A DNA stretch of 64,000 nt from Anaeramoeba ignava BMAN (taxonomy: Eukaryota > Protista > Anaeramoebae): contig JAPDFW010000078.1 of the NCBI GenBank assembly GCA_028826165.1, positions 124,001-188,000 of the forward strand, read 5' to 3'. The notes under the pieces are model-generated. The model searched no databases, was not told the DNA's origin, and saw only the letters and a list, made by a program, of their open reading frames with translations. A program made the position numbers and the translations under genes. Numbering within the stretch: the first letter of the stretch is position 1; the number at the start of each line of letters is the position of its first letter. This document shows, piece by piece, positions 1 through 13,800 of the stretch.

Positions 1-64
1 AAAAAATTATATTGAAAAATTAAATTGAAAAATTAAATTGAAAAATTATATTGAAAAAAAATAG

Positions 65-3000
65 AAACCTGGATTTCAATATTCAAGTAGAGTTACTGAT
101 ATTTTATCAAGAATTAGAGGAAAATCAGGAGAAGAAACAAAAGCAGCATTTTCTAAACTATTCACTAAACCACAAGAAACAAAAGTAAATTTAAGAAAAA
201 AACAAACAAATAAAAATTCCCTTTTTTATAAATTAATATAATTATTTTTATAAATAAAAAAAAATATAAGACTGAAAACAAACCAATAGAAAAACATGAA
301 GAACCCAAAACTGAACCAATTACAAACAAATTTACATCTCCAATTAAAACTAAAGATAATTCTGAAAATGAACAAAAAATTTTTAAACATGAATCAATTT
401 TAAGCAAATTTAAATCTCCAATTAAAACTAAAGATAATTCTGAAAATGAACAAAAAATTGTTAAACCTGAATCAATTTTAAGCAAATTTACATCTCCAAT
501 TAAAACTAAAGATAATTCTGAAAATGAACAAAAAATTTTTAAACATGAATCAATTTTAAACAAATTCAAATCTCCAATTAAAACTAAAGATAATTCCGCA
601 AATGAACAAAAAATTGTTAAACCTGAACCACAAAAATATATAATCAATAAACAAACTGAAATCGAAGAACAAAAAGAAATTATCAAAGAAGATCAAAAAG
701 TTGAATCTGATTCTCATTCTGAAAAACAAATAAGTGATAATGATGATGAAGCTGAAATTTTGGATAATGAAAATGATTTATTTCAAAAAGAAATACAAAT
801 ACAAAATATCAAAAAGAATTACCAATCACAAAAGGATATTTCATATAATAAGCCAAATCAAGAGCAAAAGAAATTCCAACTGCCAAAAGATTCAAATTAT
901 GGAATTTCAGATCTTAATAAAAAAAAGAATTTGGGAATAAATAACGATTTTGTTAAAAAAGACAAAAAAGAAAGTCAAGAAAATGACACTTTATCAAGAG
1001 TTCAGAAAATTGTTCAAGCTCAATTAAAAAAGGAATCCAACTTTAATATTGATGGTATTTATAACTCAACAGAAAAAATTCTGAAAATGATTCAACCGAC
1101 TCCAAATGATGAAGAATTATTTAAAAAAATTGAAGAATTTGAAAAACAAGAGGAACTAAACTCAATGAATATTAAACTTGAACCAAAAATGGATGTTTTT
1201 GATCAATTTCAATTTGAGATCCCACAAGATCTGGACCAAGAATCAATCCAAATATTGAATAGCTACTCTTATTCGTTCCAAGACTTACAAACTAAATGGG
1301 ATCCTTTTAAAAATTCTTTGAATGATATTTTTTCTAATTTCAATCTAATATTTTTAAGGAATTCTGAAAAACTTCGAGAATTATATCATAATTTACCAAC
1401 ATTGAAACCAAAAAAAGAAGTAAAAATACAAATTTTTCCAAATCAAACTCTAAAAAATTCAATTAAAATATTTTCAATTCTTTTCAATTCTTTTAGAAAT
1501 CTCGAGCTGAGACAAGTGAGTTCATTTTAGTTAATGGTGTTTTTAGTATTCTTAAATCTCACAAAATTTCTGATATTCCTACTCCCATAAGAAGTCAAAT
1601 CTTAAAGGAAATTATGTCAATTCCAAAGTTATTGAAAATTGAAGCATTTTTCGATGTTTATAAAAAATTGATTGATCTTCTTGAATCAAAAAATATCATC
1701 AAAAAAGAACAAGAAGATATTTCAAATGCAATAAGATCTTTATTTATAATTTATTGTTACAAGAAAATTCTTAGGAATGAAGTTATCAAAGTTGTTAACA
1801 ATTTATTTCCAAATGAAGAAATTGGTAAAAATAATTTTAATTTTAATTTTAATTTTAAATTTTAAATTTTAAATTTTAAATTTTCAGAAAGAACAAAAGA
1901 AGAAATTGAAGAGGCTTGGGATAAAATTATTAATGTAACAACAGAGAAGAGTATTTTTCAAAAAATAATTAAATTGATTTTAGAAACTACAACTTTTTCA
2001 AATCCAGATCATGTAATGTCAAATTAAAAAAAAAATTTTCAAATCAAATTAAATTAAAAAAAAAATTTTCAAATCAAATTAAAGAAAAGCAAAGAATTGA
2101 CAGAACACATCTTTAATAATGCATATGGAGAAACAACCATCTTATTAATGAAAATTCAAATTCCAGAAGAGAGCAAAAAACAAATTCAAGGGATACTTGA
2201 AAAGGGAATATCGAAAACAGAAACACAACAATCACTTCAATATGCACATGAAGTGTTAGCAGATAAATTATCAAAATCAAGCTTGTCATTTATAGTTATA
2301 ACATTTGAAAATTTCCCAGAAAAAGAAACATTTGGAATAGGAGAATTATTATATCCATTTCTTTCACAATTTGGAATAATTAGTTCATTTACAAATTTCC
2401 TAATTTTTCAACAGATTTTTACTTCAATAAGTGCTGGTCATCTTGTTCAAAAAAAAACATCAATTCTTGGCTCTATTTTACATAAGTATGCAAAAGAACA
2501 TGCATTCAAATATTTCGTTTCCACATTTTCAGATTTAATTACAAGAATTGTTAATGAAAAAATTTATATTGACATTTCAGGATCTGATGAAAATCGAAAT
2601 TCAAGAAATCTTCCTCATCTTCAAAAATGTTTTGGAGAAGTTATTGAGTTATTAATGAATTCAATTTCTCAAATTCCCAATGAACTTCGTTATGTGGGTT
2701 ATTTATTGAAATCTAAAATTATGAGTAGATTTCCTGATAGTGCTACTTCTGTTGTTTGTTCTTATTTCATTCAGAATTTTGTTGCTTATGGAATTAAAAA
2801 TCCTGAGAAGTTTGATATTATTGATTGTAAGGAAATTTTAATTTAAATTTGAAATAAAAAATCAATTTAAATTAAATTTAATTTAATTTAATTTAATTTC
2901 ATGTAAAAATTAAAAATAGTCCCAATATCAGAAAATGCAAAATTAGGATTGTGTAATCTTTCAACTGCTATTAAAACTTTTTCTAGAGGTTCTACTTTCC

Positions 3001-4019
3001 CTCCTCATAAGCCTCAATTCCAACCACTAAATACAACAATAATTTCAAAATTTTCATATCGAAGTCGATTTGTAAACGAATTAACAGTAAGTCAAAAAAA
3101 AAAAAAAATCAATCATTTCAAATGACTTGAAAAAAATTTAATAAATAAAAATATTTGAATTCAAAAGAAAATTAGTTTCTCAGACAAAGAAAAAGAAAAC
3201 TTTGATATCCCATATTGCGAATTAAATACAATGAATCTCCAAGCCAAAATTAGTGAAACATGGACAAAAAATTTCATGTTCTTGACTAATATTGATCAAG
3301 CAGGATACATAGCAAATAACATGCTTGATATTGCGTTGTTGTATTCATCAATATTAAAAAAAGATATCAATTTCTCAAACATTTTAGGCAAAAGACAACT
3401 TGCAAACACATTTGAATCCCTTCGCAAATATCATAAAAAAATCACTGAATTGAATGAATATTTTTCTGGTTTTTTCGAAACATTATTGAAATTCTCACAA
3501 AATAACAAACAATTAATAGAATCAATGAAACAAAAGGAAATTGAGAAACAAATTGAAACCGAAATTCAACTTCGAGAAAAAAGAGAACCTCAATTAAAAC
3601 AAAAACGATCCAGTTTATTTTGGAGAAAAAATCCAACTTTAAAATCAACTGATATTGTTCATGATAATCAACTTGAACTTTACATAACTTTGTGGGATCA
3701 AAGAAAATCAGAAAAACCCGCTAAAGAATGTTCTGTTGGTCACTCTTTAGATCCTAGAAAACAATCTTTTAGTTCGAAATTTATTCGTTTGATTGGAAAT
3801 TTATTGGGTGTTTATGATGAAGAAAATCGTCCAAAACAAACTGATTCTCCTTCTGCTATTTTGAGTGTAAAACGTTTTGTTAAAATGGAGTATCTTCATA
3901 CCAAAAAGAAACATTGTTTGGTTCTTACTTCTCCAAGTGGTTTTGATAATTTTTTTGCTTTGGATTCAAAAGAGGATGTTGAAAATTGGATTAAAATTTT
4001 AAAGAATAATCAAATTTAA
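65..4019 (+). CDS. RasGAP-domain protein with C-terminal PH-like domain (multi-exon, 5' end outside the window)
   Basis: Hand-built exons: 65-184, 271-1419, 1497-~1824, ~1888-2012, ~2084-2827, ~2920-3086, ~3168-4019, joined by GT-AG introns. RasGAP-like segment (SILGSILHKYAK...IPNELRYVGYLLKSKIMSRFPDS...VVCSYFIQNFVAYGIKNPEKFDII). PH-like end (KKHCLVLTSPSGFDNFFALDSKEDVENWIKILK). Confidence 0.7.
328..630 (+). repeat. Coding tandem repeat, about 4 x 78 nt (KF[T/K]SPIKTKDNSENEQKI..ESILS)
   Basis: Units start at about 328, 406, 484 and 562, in frame within exon 271-1419. Confidence 0.85.
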
Positions 4020-4380
4020 ATCAAATTTAATTTAAAATTAAAATCAATTTAAAATTAAAATCAATTTAAAATTAAAATTAAATCAAAATTTAAAAATTAA
4101 AATCAAAATTAAAAATAAAATCAAAATTAAAAATTAAAATTTAAATCAATTTAAATTTAAATCAAAATCATAATTAAAATCAAAATTTAATTAAAATTAA
4201 AATTAAAATCAAAATCAAAATTAAAATCAAAATTAAAATCAAAATTAAAATCAAAATTAAAATTAAATCAAAATTAAAATTAAAATCAAAAATTAAAATT
4301 AAAATTAAAATTAAAATTAAAATTAAAATCAAAAATCAAAATTAAAATTAAAATTAAAATCAAAATTAAAATTAAATTAA
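4020..4380. repeat. (AAAATT/AAAATC)n microsatellite between convergent genes
   Basis: Directly visible hexamer/pentamer run. Confidence 0.9.
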
Positions 4381-4565
4381 TTTTCTTAATTTGGTTTTGA
4401 TTTGAAATGATTTAATTTTTGAGTTAAAATTTGAATTGAATTCTGAATGAAAATGAATTCAAAAAAGAATTTGAATTATTTTCTGAAGTAAAAAGAATTC
4501 AAAAAAAAAAAACTGAAAATGAAAATTAAAATGAAAATGAAAATTAAAATGAAAAAAAATTTAAA

Positions 4566-4628
4566 TTATTTCTCTTTCTTTTCTTCTTTCTTTTCTTCTT
4601 TCTTTTCTTCTTTCTTTTCTTCTTTCTT

Positions 4629-4661
<33 letters not shown>

Positions 4662-6458
4662 CTCTAAATCAATAGACCATTCATGATCAACTTCTCCATA
4701 TTGAATTGAAGTTAAAGCATTCAAAATTCTACTTGTCAACTTTCCAATTTTAGCAGAAGGATCTGAACTATCCAAAGGAATTTGAAGGATTTCATCTTTA
4801 TAAAGAATTTCAGAGACAGGAGTAACAATAGCAGCAGTTCCAGCACCAAACATTTCAATGATACGTTTTTCCTTTAAAGCAAGAAGAACTTCATTCATTG
4901 TGAAATGACCTTCTTTAGTTTTGATACCCCAACTTTTGCAAAGATTAAGAATTGAATCACGAGTGACTCCAGGAAGAATAGTTCCATCATCCAAAGGAGC
5001 GGTAATTAATTCATCTTCTCCTTTTTTATTTTTCCAGAAACAAAAGAAATTCATTGTTCCAACTTCGGTGATGATTTTTTCTTCTCCGTAAAGCCATAAG
5101 ATTTGTTGGCATTTGTATTTGTCAACTTCAACTTGTGGTAGAATTGTTGGTCCGTAATTTGCTCCTAATTTGGCATTTCCTGTTCCTCCAACCCATGCTC
5201 TGCAGTATTTATCTTCTGCGTAAAGTCTAACTGGATTAAATCCTGTTGCATAATAAGGTCCGACTGGTGACATGATAACATAAATTTTAAGGTTATTTGT
5301 TGGTTTTAATCCTAGTGCTGGCTTTTAAAATGAATATAAATATAAAAATAAATATTTGAAATTAAATGAAATTTATATAAATATTTAAAATTATGAAATA
5401 TATAAATATAAATATAAATATAAATATAAATATAAATATAAATATAAATATTTGAAATCAAATGAAATATATAAATATAAATATTTGAAATTACATGAAA
5501 TATATAAATATAAATATTTGAAATTAAATGAAATTTATAAATATAAATATTTGAAATTACATGAAATATATAAATATAAATATTTGAAATATATAAATAT
5601 AAATATAAATATAAATATAAATATAAATATTTGAAATTAATATAAATATAAATATTTGAAATTAAATGAAATATATAAATATAAATATTTGAAATTAAAT
5701 GAAATTTATAAATATAAATATTTGAAATTAAATGAAATATATAAATATAAATATTTGAAATTAATATAAATATAAATATAAATAAATTAATTGAAATTAA
5801 ATAAAATAAAATCATACCGAAGTTCCAATTAATGTTGGTCTAATATAAAGAGAATATCCCTCTTTTTTTGGAATCCAATCTTTATCAAGAAGAACTAATT
5901 CATAAAGGCATTTTAAAAATTCATCGGGACTAAAATCCTACAAAAAAAAAACAATTCAAATTGAAAATAAAATTTATTTAAATTTAAATTAAATTTTTTG
6001 AATTAAATTTTTGAAAATACAGGAAAGGCAAGTCTTTTTGCAGAATTAAGCAAACGTTGAGCATTTCTTTCAGGACGGAAAAGACGAACATGATTATCCT
6101 TATCAAGATAAGCCTTCATACCTTCAAAAGCTTCAACGGCATAATGAAGAGAATTAGCAGCAGGATGCATTTTAAAGTCATGAAAAGGAACAATTCTTGG
6201 AGCAGAAAATCCTTTATCTTTTTGCCAATCGATTTCAAGCATATGGTCAGTAAAATGCTTCCCGAAAACAAGTCCTTTTGTTTCTGGTTTTTGTTTAGGA
6301 TGTTTTGTTTTTGTGATTTTAAGTTCGCTTGATTTAATGTCTGGATATCTTCCTTCGTCTTCAAGTTCTGGTAATTCTTCTTTTGTGTACTTTTCATAAA
6401 GTAAATATCCTACTGCTCCAGCTAATCCTGCTATTAATAAGTTTTTAGCTGTATTCAT
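4566..6458 (-). CDS. BCAT: Branched-chain amino acid aminotransferase (PLP class IV), 3 exons
   Basis: Exons 6458-6021, 5937-5818 and 5321-4566 splice in frame via GT-AG. Motifs LHYAVEAFEGMKAY, YIRPTLIG, AKLGANYGPT, EVGTMN, ILPGVTRDS and EMFGAGTAA. N-terminal hydrophobic stretch and C-terminal (EEKK)n tail. Confidence 0.95.
5324..5815. repeat. Intronic AT-rich tandem repeat in BCAT intron 2
   Basis: Repeated ataaatataaatatttgaaatt(aa/ac)atgaa units plus (ataaat)n. Confidence 0.85.
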
Positions 6459-6539
6459 TTTGTTAAAATAAAAATGAAAAAAAAAAAATAAAAAAAATTT
6501 TTTTTTCTCCTTTTTGTTTTTTCTCCTTTTTAATTTAAA

Positions 6540-7675
6540 TTTTTTAATAAATATTTAATAATAAAAAAAGTGGAATAAAAATATAAATTAATTATTAATA
6601 AAAATTTAAATCAATTCAAATTAAATTTAATAATAAAAAAAGTGGAATAAAAATATAAATTAATTATTAATAAAAATAAAAATCAATTCAAATTAAATTT
6701 AATAATAAAAATATAAATAAATATCAATAAAAATAAAAATCAATTCAAATTAAAATTATTAATAAAAATAAAAATAAATTCAAATAAAAATTTAATAATA
6801 AAAAAAGTGGAATAAAAATATAAATTAATTATTAATAAAAATATAAACAAATTCAAATTAAAATTATTAATAAAAATTTAAACAAATTCAAATTAAATAT
6901 TAATAAAAATTTAATAATAAAAAGTGGAATAAAAATATAAATTAATTATTAATAAAAATATAAACAAATTCAAATTAAATTTAATAATAAAAATATAAAT
7001 AAATATCAATTAAATATTAATAAAAATTTAATAATAAAAAAAGTGGAATAAAAATATAAATAAATTAATAATAAAAATAAAAATAAATTCAAATTAAATT
7101 TAATAATAAAAATATAAATAAATTAAAATTAATTATTAATAAAAATTTAATAATAAAAAGTGGAATAAAAATATAAATTAATTATTAATAAAAATAAAAA
7201 TAAATTCAAATTAAATTTAATAATAAAAATATAAATAAATTAAAAATTAAATATTAATAAAAATTTAATAATAAAAAGTGGAATAAAAATATAAATTAAT
7301 TATTAATAAAAATAAAAAAATCAATTCAAATTAAAATTATTAATAAAAATATAAATAAATATCAATTAATTATTAATAAAAATTTAATAATAAAAAAAGT
7401 GGAATAAAAATAAAAATCAATTATTAATAAAAATAAAAATCAATTCAAATTAAAATTAATAATAAAAATATAAATAAATTCAAATTAAAATTATTAATAA
7501 AAATATAAAAAAATATCAATTAATTATTAATAAAAATTTATTAATAAAAAAAGTGGAATAAAAATATAAATTAATTATTAATAAAAATATAAATAAATAT
7601 CAATTTAAATTTATTAATAAAAATATAAATAAATAAATTTAATAATTAATTTATTTATAAAAAAAGTGGAATGGA
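6540..7675. repeat. Intergenic modular tandem array with about 10 AAAAGTGGAAT cores between divergent BCAT and EPG5
   Basis: GTGGAAT at about 6570, 6642, 6807, 6923, 7043, 7159, 7278, 7399, 7553 and 7666 in otherwise nearly G-free sequence. Confidence 0.85.
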
Positions 7676-7895
7676 AAAATTCCTTTTTTTCTCCTTTTTT
7701 ATCCTCTTTTTCTTTTGTGGTTTTTCGCCTTTTTAAAAAAAAAAAATTTTTTTTTTTAAATAAAAATCGGACACTTTCTAATTAAAAAATAATTAAAAAA
7801 ATAAAAAATAAAAAAGCAAAAAAAAAAGAAAATCAAAATTTTTAAATTCATTTTCATTTTCATTTTCATTTTTATTTTTGTTTTTATATTTTAGA

Positions 7896-10800
7896 ATGAA
7901 CTTCACACTTTCTCCAAATTCAAATCACTTTATCCAAAAATACATTCCAGATTACAAATCACTTCTTACTCCAAAAAGAGACCAACTTTTCTCTCTCATT
8001 TCAACTTTCTACTCTTCAAATATCACATACTTAAAATCACTGTCCAATTTCAAATCACTCAAAAAACAAATAGAAGAACAAGAATCAAATCTTTGGAGAA
8101 TCGAAAATCAAACAAAAATCCAGAAAAAAACTTGTCATTCAAATGAAATAATAACTACAATGGGATTCGTTATTGCGACTTTTGATGATGAACTTGTAGA
8201 AAAGCTCAAATCAAATTATTCTCAATTATCCTCCAATTTAATGTCTGAAATTCCTGATCTTTTTTCCAAACTAAGAATATCAGAAGCAAAAGTATCCCTT
8301 TTTTTCCAAAAATTTCTCAACTCAAAATCCTTAAAAACACTCAAAGAAAAAGAAAAATTGAAGAGCAAAGCAATCCAAAAAACAAAAATATATTTAAACA
8401 CACTGTTTTTCTATGAAAGAATAGCAAAAGAAAACGCGGATCTTGGATTAAATAAATTTTCAAATTCGATCCAAAAATGGATCAGAATTCTTGTCAACAG
8501 ACTTTTTGAATTGGAAACAAAAAACAATTCACTCTTTGTTTTTTTCCATCTTCTAACAACGCCAGGATCATCCAAATGGGCATATGATTTGGTCAATTTC
8601 GATATTGATTTCAACAATCCTTCTATTGAATATTTCGAGGACTTGCTTGGCTTTGTTTTGTTTCCTGTTGTGAAACTCAAAAACGAACCCAACAAAAATT
8701 ACATAAAAGAAAACGACTTTCTTCTTTATTTCCAAAAATTGTTAATTCAAAAACTTTTCCTGTTTTTGTTCGCATTTCCAGGAGAACTCGGTTTCGATTC
8801 AGTTTGGAAAATTTCAGATGAACTGGCAAAAATTCTATCTTCAGCAATCAAGGAATATGATGACTATATAAATATGCAAAAAAAAATTACAAAAACACTT
8901 TCGGAGATCATTTGTCTTGTTGAAGAATATTCTCAGAAAACAAGAACAAAAGAAGCCAAAGAGAAGTTCCCAAAATTGATTGACAAAATATTCTTGGATT
9001 GCATTAAAACAGTCTCGAATTGCAACAACAAAATAATCTTTGGGAATCTTTTGGATCTTCCCTTTTACTCCATTTCCACTTCTTCAGCTTTCCAGATTTT
9101 AAAGCTGGTTGTGACAGGAAACGAGGAAGATAGCCCAATGTTCAGCCAGCAATGGATCAAAGTATTCCAAAAAGGAAACGATATTTTTTCCAATTTCTGC
9201 CATATGTTGAACACTTCAAATGATTCCAAAAACGTTCTTCTTTTTCTGGCAAACTTGGCAATTTTCCAAAATTCAGAAGACTTTGTTTTGTGCATTGCAG
9301 ATACAATATTCAAGGTTGGCTGCACAGACACAGAATGTAATGAGAAGATGTTTGAACACGCAAAGATCGCACTGGGAAAAATATGTGTCAAATTTCCCCA
9401 CTTCATCTCGTTTATATTCAGTCTCACTTCTCAATCAATAGTGGATCTTGAAAGCCAAGTTGTTGAATTGTACGAAGAATTCCCGATACACAAATGGAGA
9501 CTTCTTGACGCAGATGTCCGACAGATTACTGTTTGGCTGAACTTCCCCCCGAACACAATCCTTTTCCAGTTTGCGTGCTGGCTGGTCAATGAGATCACCT
9601 GGGGTTACTCCGAAAAAATATCACAATTTGAAGTTCTGAATCAAATTGAAGTCCAAATGAAGATTGTTGAGTTTATATTAAATCTCTATTACAAATCCCC
9701 AGGTAATATCGATGTTCGCGATTGGTGCTGGAGATCCCTTTTCAAGATGCATCCCTACTCCGATTTGGGTGAACGGAAAATGGAGCTTCTTTCCTTTCCT
9801 GATGATTCTCGGTTGAATCTTACTCAATATTTGGATCAGGATAAAAAACTCCCAAATGAGCCTATTATTGCCTTTGTTGCATTGGTTTTTTGTGATGTTA
9901 AAGATGATTCCGAAATGAAGAAATTATTCCAGATCTTGATTAACGAAAATAAATTATACTCGGCTTCGCTTGTTCTTCGGATCAAAATCCCTCAAATTCT
10001 ATCCTCTATTTTGAAAACGAAAAAATTGAACTGGAATTATGAAGAACGCATTGCCAAAACAGATGAATTAATCAAGCCTTTTTTGAGGTTGGATTCCTTC
10101 AATATTTCTGAAGAAGATGTCGAGAAAAAATCCAAGAACTCAAATCTTCTTGGTTCAATCATTGACTCTTTAATCACAGTAAGAAAGGAAACAAAGGAAC
10201 ACAATTTCGTCAGCATTGAGGAGATGATCCGCTTCTGGTTTTCATACTTCACCTCAATTCCCAAATGGAACAAAGACAAAATGATTGTTTCCCATCTCAA
10301 TGAACTGTTCAAGGTCTCAATCATAAGTGGCCAGCATGCGTTCATTTCCTATCTTGTTGATTGGAAATATTTGGAATTGATGAAAAAAAAAATGTGGCTC
10401 AAAAACCCAAACGAGAAGAAAAAAGGTATTTTTCGCAAGAAGGCAAAGAGGATCACATTGGCGAAAATGAAGAAAAATATCCCCAAAAAGGAAAGATTTG
10501 AGACCATGAACAAAAACTCATGGTTCTATTTCGAAGTGCTTCTCGTTGAGCTTCTCTTCCAAATGAAAACAATCATCAAGCTTGGTTACAAGATTGTCAA
10601 GTTCAAAGGTGTTCCACTCAAGAAAATCCTGAAAAAAAACAAGATTGAAACAAACTTCGAAATCATCAACTCATGGATCGAATTTGCTCAGGAAATCAAC
10701 ACAAACAATTTGATATTCCCTCTCGTTATGCAAGTTCTGTTCTCCTTCTATTTCCTCATTTGGTTCAAAAAAGAAATCACAATCGAAATGGTTGATGATT

Positions 10801-13800
10801 CGCTTTGGTTCGGTAAATATCTCTTCGAGTTCACAAACAAAAGTGTAACAGAGGTCCAAAAAATGATTGTGGATATCCTCAAGAAAAAAATCAAAGAGAT
10901 TGAAACACAGAAAAATTCAAACTTGAAAAACGGTGATACGGAAGATCCACAAATTTACCAAACAATGATCAAATGGATCATTGCGCCAAGTCTTGCCGAA
11001 CTGAAGCAGAAATCCATCCAAAATCAAAACTTGCTCTTTCTTTCTTTGTTTGAGTCCAATATCCTGAATCCCTCCAAAAACAACTACAAGGTCAACATTC
11101 CAAACGCTGAAAATTTTGCGCAACTTCATCAGTCGCTCTGGTTCCAGAATGTGAGTATTGAGAAGGTGAGGAAAAGAATCGAAATAAACAAGAAACTAAC
11201 AGAAGATCTTGCTGGATATCTTTATATTTTTATCAACAAATCAATGCAACCAGAGAAGGAATTTGTAAATGTTGATTTGAAACCAACAAAATATAATAAT
11301 ATCTCGAATCGAAACCGATCCCAAAAAATCCAAAAAAATGCAAAAAACTTGGACTCTTCTCCTCTTTTTAGTCTCTATCAAATATACAAACTTAATGGGA
11401 AAAACTTTTCGCAAATTGAATCAAACTTCAAACAAAAATACCCGCTTCTCAAAAAGCGTGCAAACGATCTTCGCTCGCTTCATGATGAATTTGATTCATG
11501 CAACAAAGATTATCTTACAGCTTGCCAAAATTTGTATTCAAATATCCCCGTTATTGAAATTATCGAAAAGGTCTGTGAATACCAAAAGGAAATAGTGGAA
11601 CCAAATAGCAAAAACAACGCCACAACAACAGTCAAGATGTCTCATATTCTCAAATTCACCTTTACTTATTCCAAAGTGGAAAAAAATTCTTTTGCTGAAA
11701 ATTTTCTCCAAACAAACAGAAAACAAATATCCTCTTTTCTTGATCCAGAAAAAATATCAAATGACACATTTACTCAGCAAGATCTTCTCGTTATTATCTA
11801 TGGACTCGATTTTGCTGAGCAGTGCTCTGCATTAGCAAAGAGACAGAAGAAAAGAACGCTGAAAAATCCTGTGAAAAATATTGATTCAATCGCAACCAAC
11901 TGGTTTTTTGAGATTTTAACTAAAAGTTTTACCGATCCAAAATGCTTGTCCTATCCCGCGATCCAAGTTTTTATTAAGGATTTCTGCCTGGTTTTGGGGT
12001 TCCGTTTTATCAAGAACGAAGTCAAATTTATAGATCAAATTTTCAATGCTTTAACAAAAAACACTCAACAAACTTTTGCTCTTTCAAAACTATTCAATCC
12101 TCAAATAGTTCCAACACGAATGTTAGAGTTCTACTCGAAAATCCTTGATTTTTATGTTGAAAATAAAGAGGAGACTTCTTTTCATGTTCTTTCTTGCTTC
12201 AGATTCAATGAATGGCTCAAAACTAATCCAGACCCAAAAGAAATTGAAAAGGCAGAAAAGATGTTCCTTTCACATTCAAACAAATCAACATACGATTCCT
12301 TCCCCAAACTCGCTGTTTTCAATTCTCAAGCTCTATCTTTTATTCTTGTTCACGATTTTGAATCGAGATTTCTTCCTTTGTTGGACCAATTTCTTGAGCT
12401 CTTTGCCCAAAATCAAACCATTTGCGAATTATGGGATATTTTTGCTCAACTTCCATTTTCTGACTTGAAATTAGATGCATTGGAAAACACCGTTAGTTTG
12501 ATTTCAGAGAAAATGCAAAACCTTCTTAGAGAAATCAATCCTAAAAAGGAATTTTATGAATCAATTGATCAAAAAGTTTTCTTTGCTTTTCTTCGATTTC
12601 TTGACTCTTTGACAAACTCTTTTTGCAAAAATCAGCAAATAACCAATTTGAAACAAGAAGCACACCAAAAGGCTTCATCTCTCGCATTCAAATTATATCT
12701 TCCGCTGTTGGGATTTAGTTTGGATTCAGTTAAAAATACCTATCTATATCAGGAATCATTCAAAATTGTAGATGAATCTTTTTTTTCTTTTTGTCGAGGC
12801 ATTTCGTTACTCGAAACCCATTTACCAGGAACTTTACTGTGCTTTTTGGGCTTCTTCTCAAATACTCTATCCAAAACAAGCAATCAAGACTTGATCAATA
12901 AATTCACATTGCATTTTGGTTGCGGTCTTTTTTGGGAAAAATTTCATCCAACACTCCAAACCATGATCCAAATACTTCAATTTTCAGAAACAAATTTCGG
13001 AGATCTTTTCGGAATGATCTTCGCAAAGATTCAATGGGATATCGTTGAAAAAGAAATTGTAGATCCACAAAAAAATGACTCTCTCAATTTCTACGAATTA
13101 CTCTTCGAAATGGCAGTTAATTTTATTCGAGGATTCAAAAGATTCGCTGATGAAAATTATTCTCAAGCTCTTCTCAAATGTATTTCGAATATATCATCCC
13201 TGATCCACTGGGAGAATTTGCCATCAAAAATCTACAAGCCCACATTGGAACTATTGCAATTTCAAAACAAGATAATGGAATGGGATTATTCAATCCAATT
13301 GAAAGAGTCTTTTGATTATCAACCAAACCAATTCCCAAAACAAATTTCGAATTTTGAGGAGAAAAACCTTGCTTTAATTACTTTTCTTGAGAAAATTGCG
13401 CTTTTCAACAGCGAAAAGAATCTAGAAAATGTAGTTCCTTTTCTTGAATTTGCAAAATATCTTCTTAAATTGTCTTCGGAAATGATCCCAAAAGAAAAAA
13501 TACCCAAAGAAATTGTGTCTTCATCAATCAACGAATTGACAACACCTCTATCAGAAAACAACTTCATTTCTCTCATTAAAGAACTGATTCGAATTTCGCT
13601 TGTGAATGACCAAGAAGCAAGATCAAACCTTTCATATTTATTTGAACTTTATTCAGTGGAAAACTCGAAATTTAGAGAAGTTTTACTTAAAGCATTTGCA
13701 AATCATCTTCTTGAGCATCCCACAGATTCAAGCTTAATACTTTCTCAAGGATGCAAAAAAATTGAGGACATGAACCAATTCATCCCCTTTTCAGAAAGTT

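Noticed and set aside
165-686. 173-aa minus-strand repetitive ORF
   Set aside because: Antisense shadow of the 78-nt coding repeat on the plus strand.
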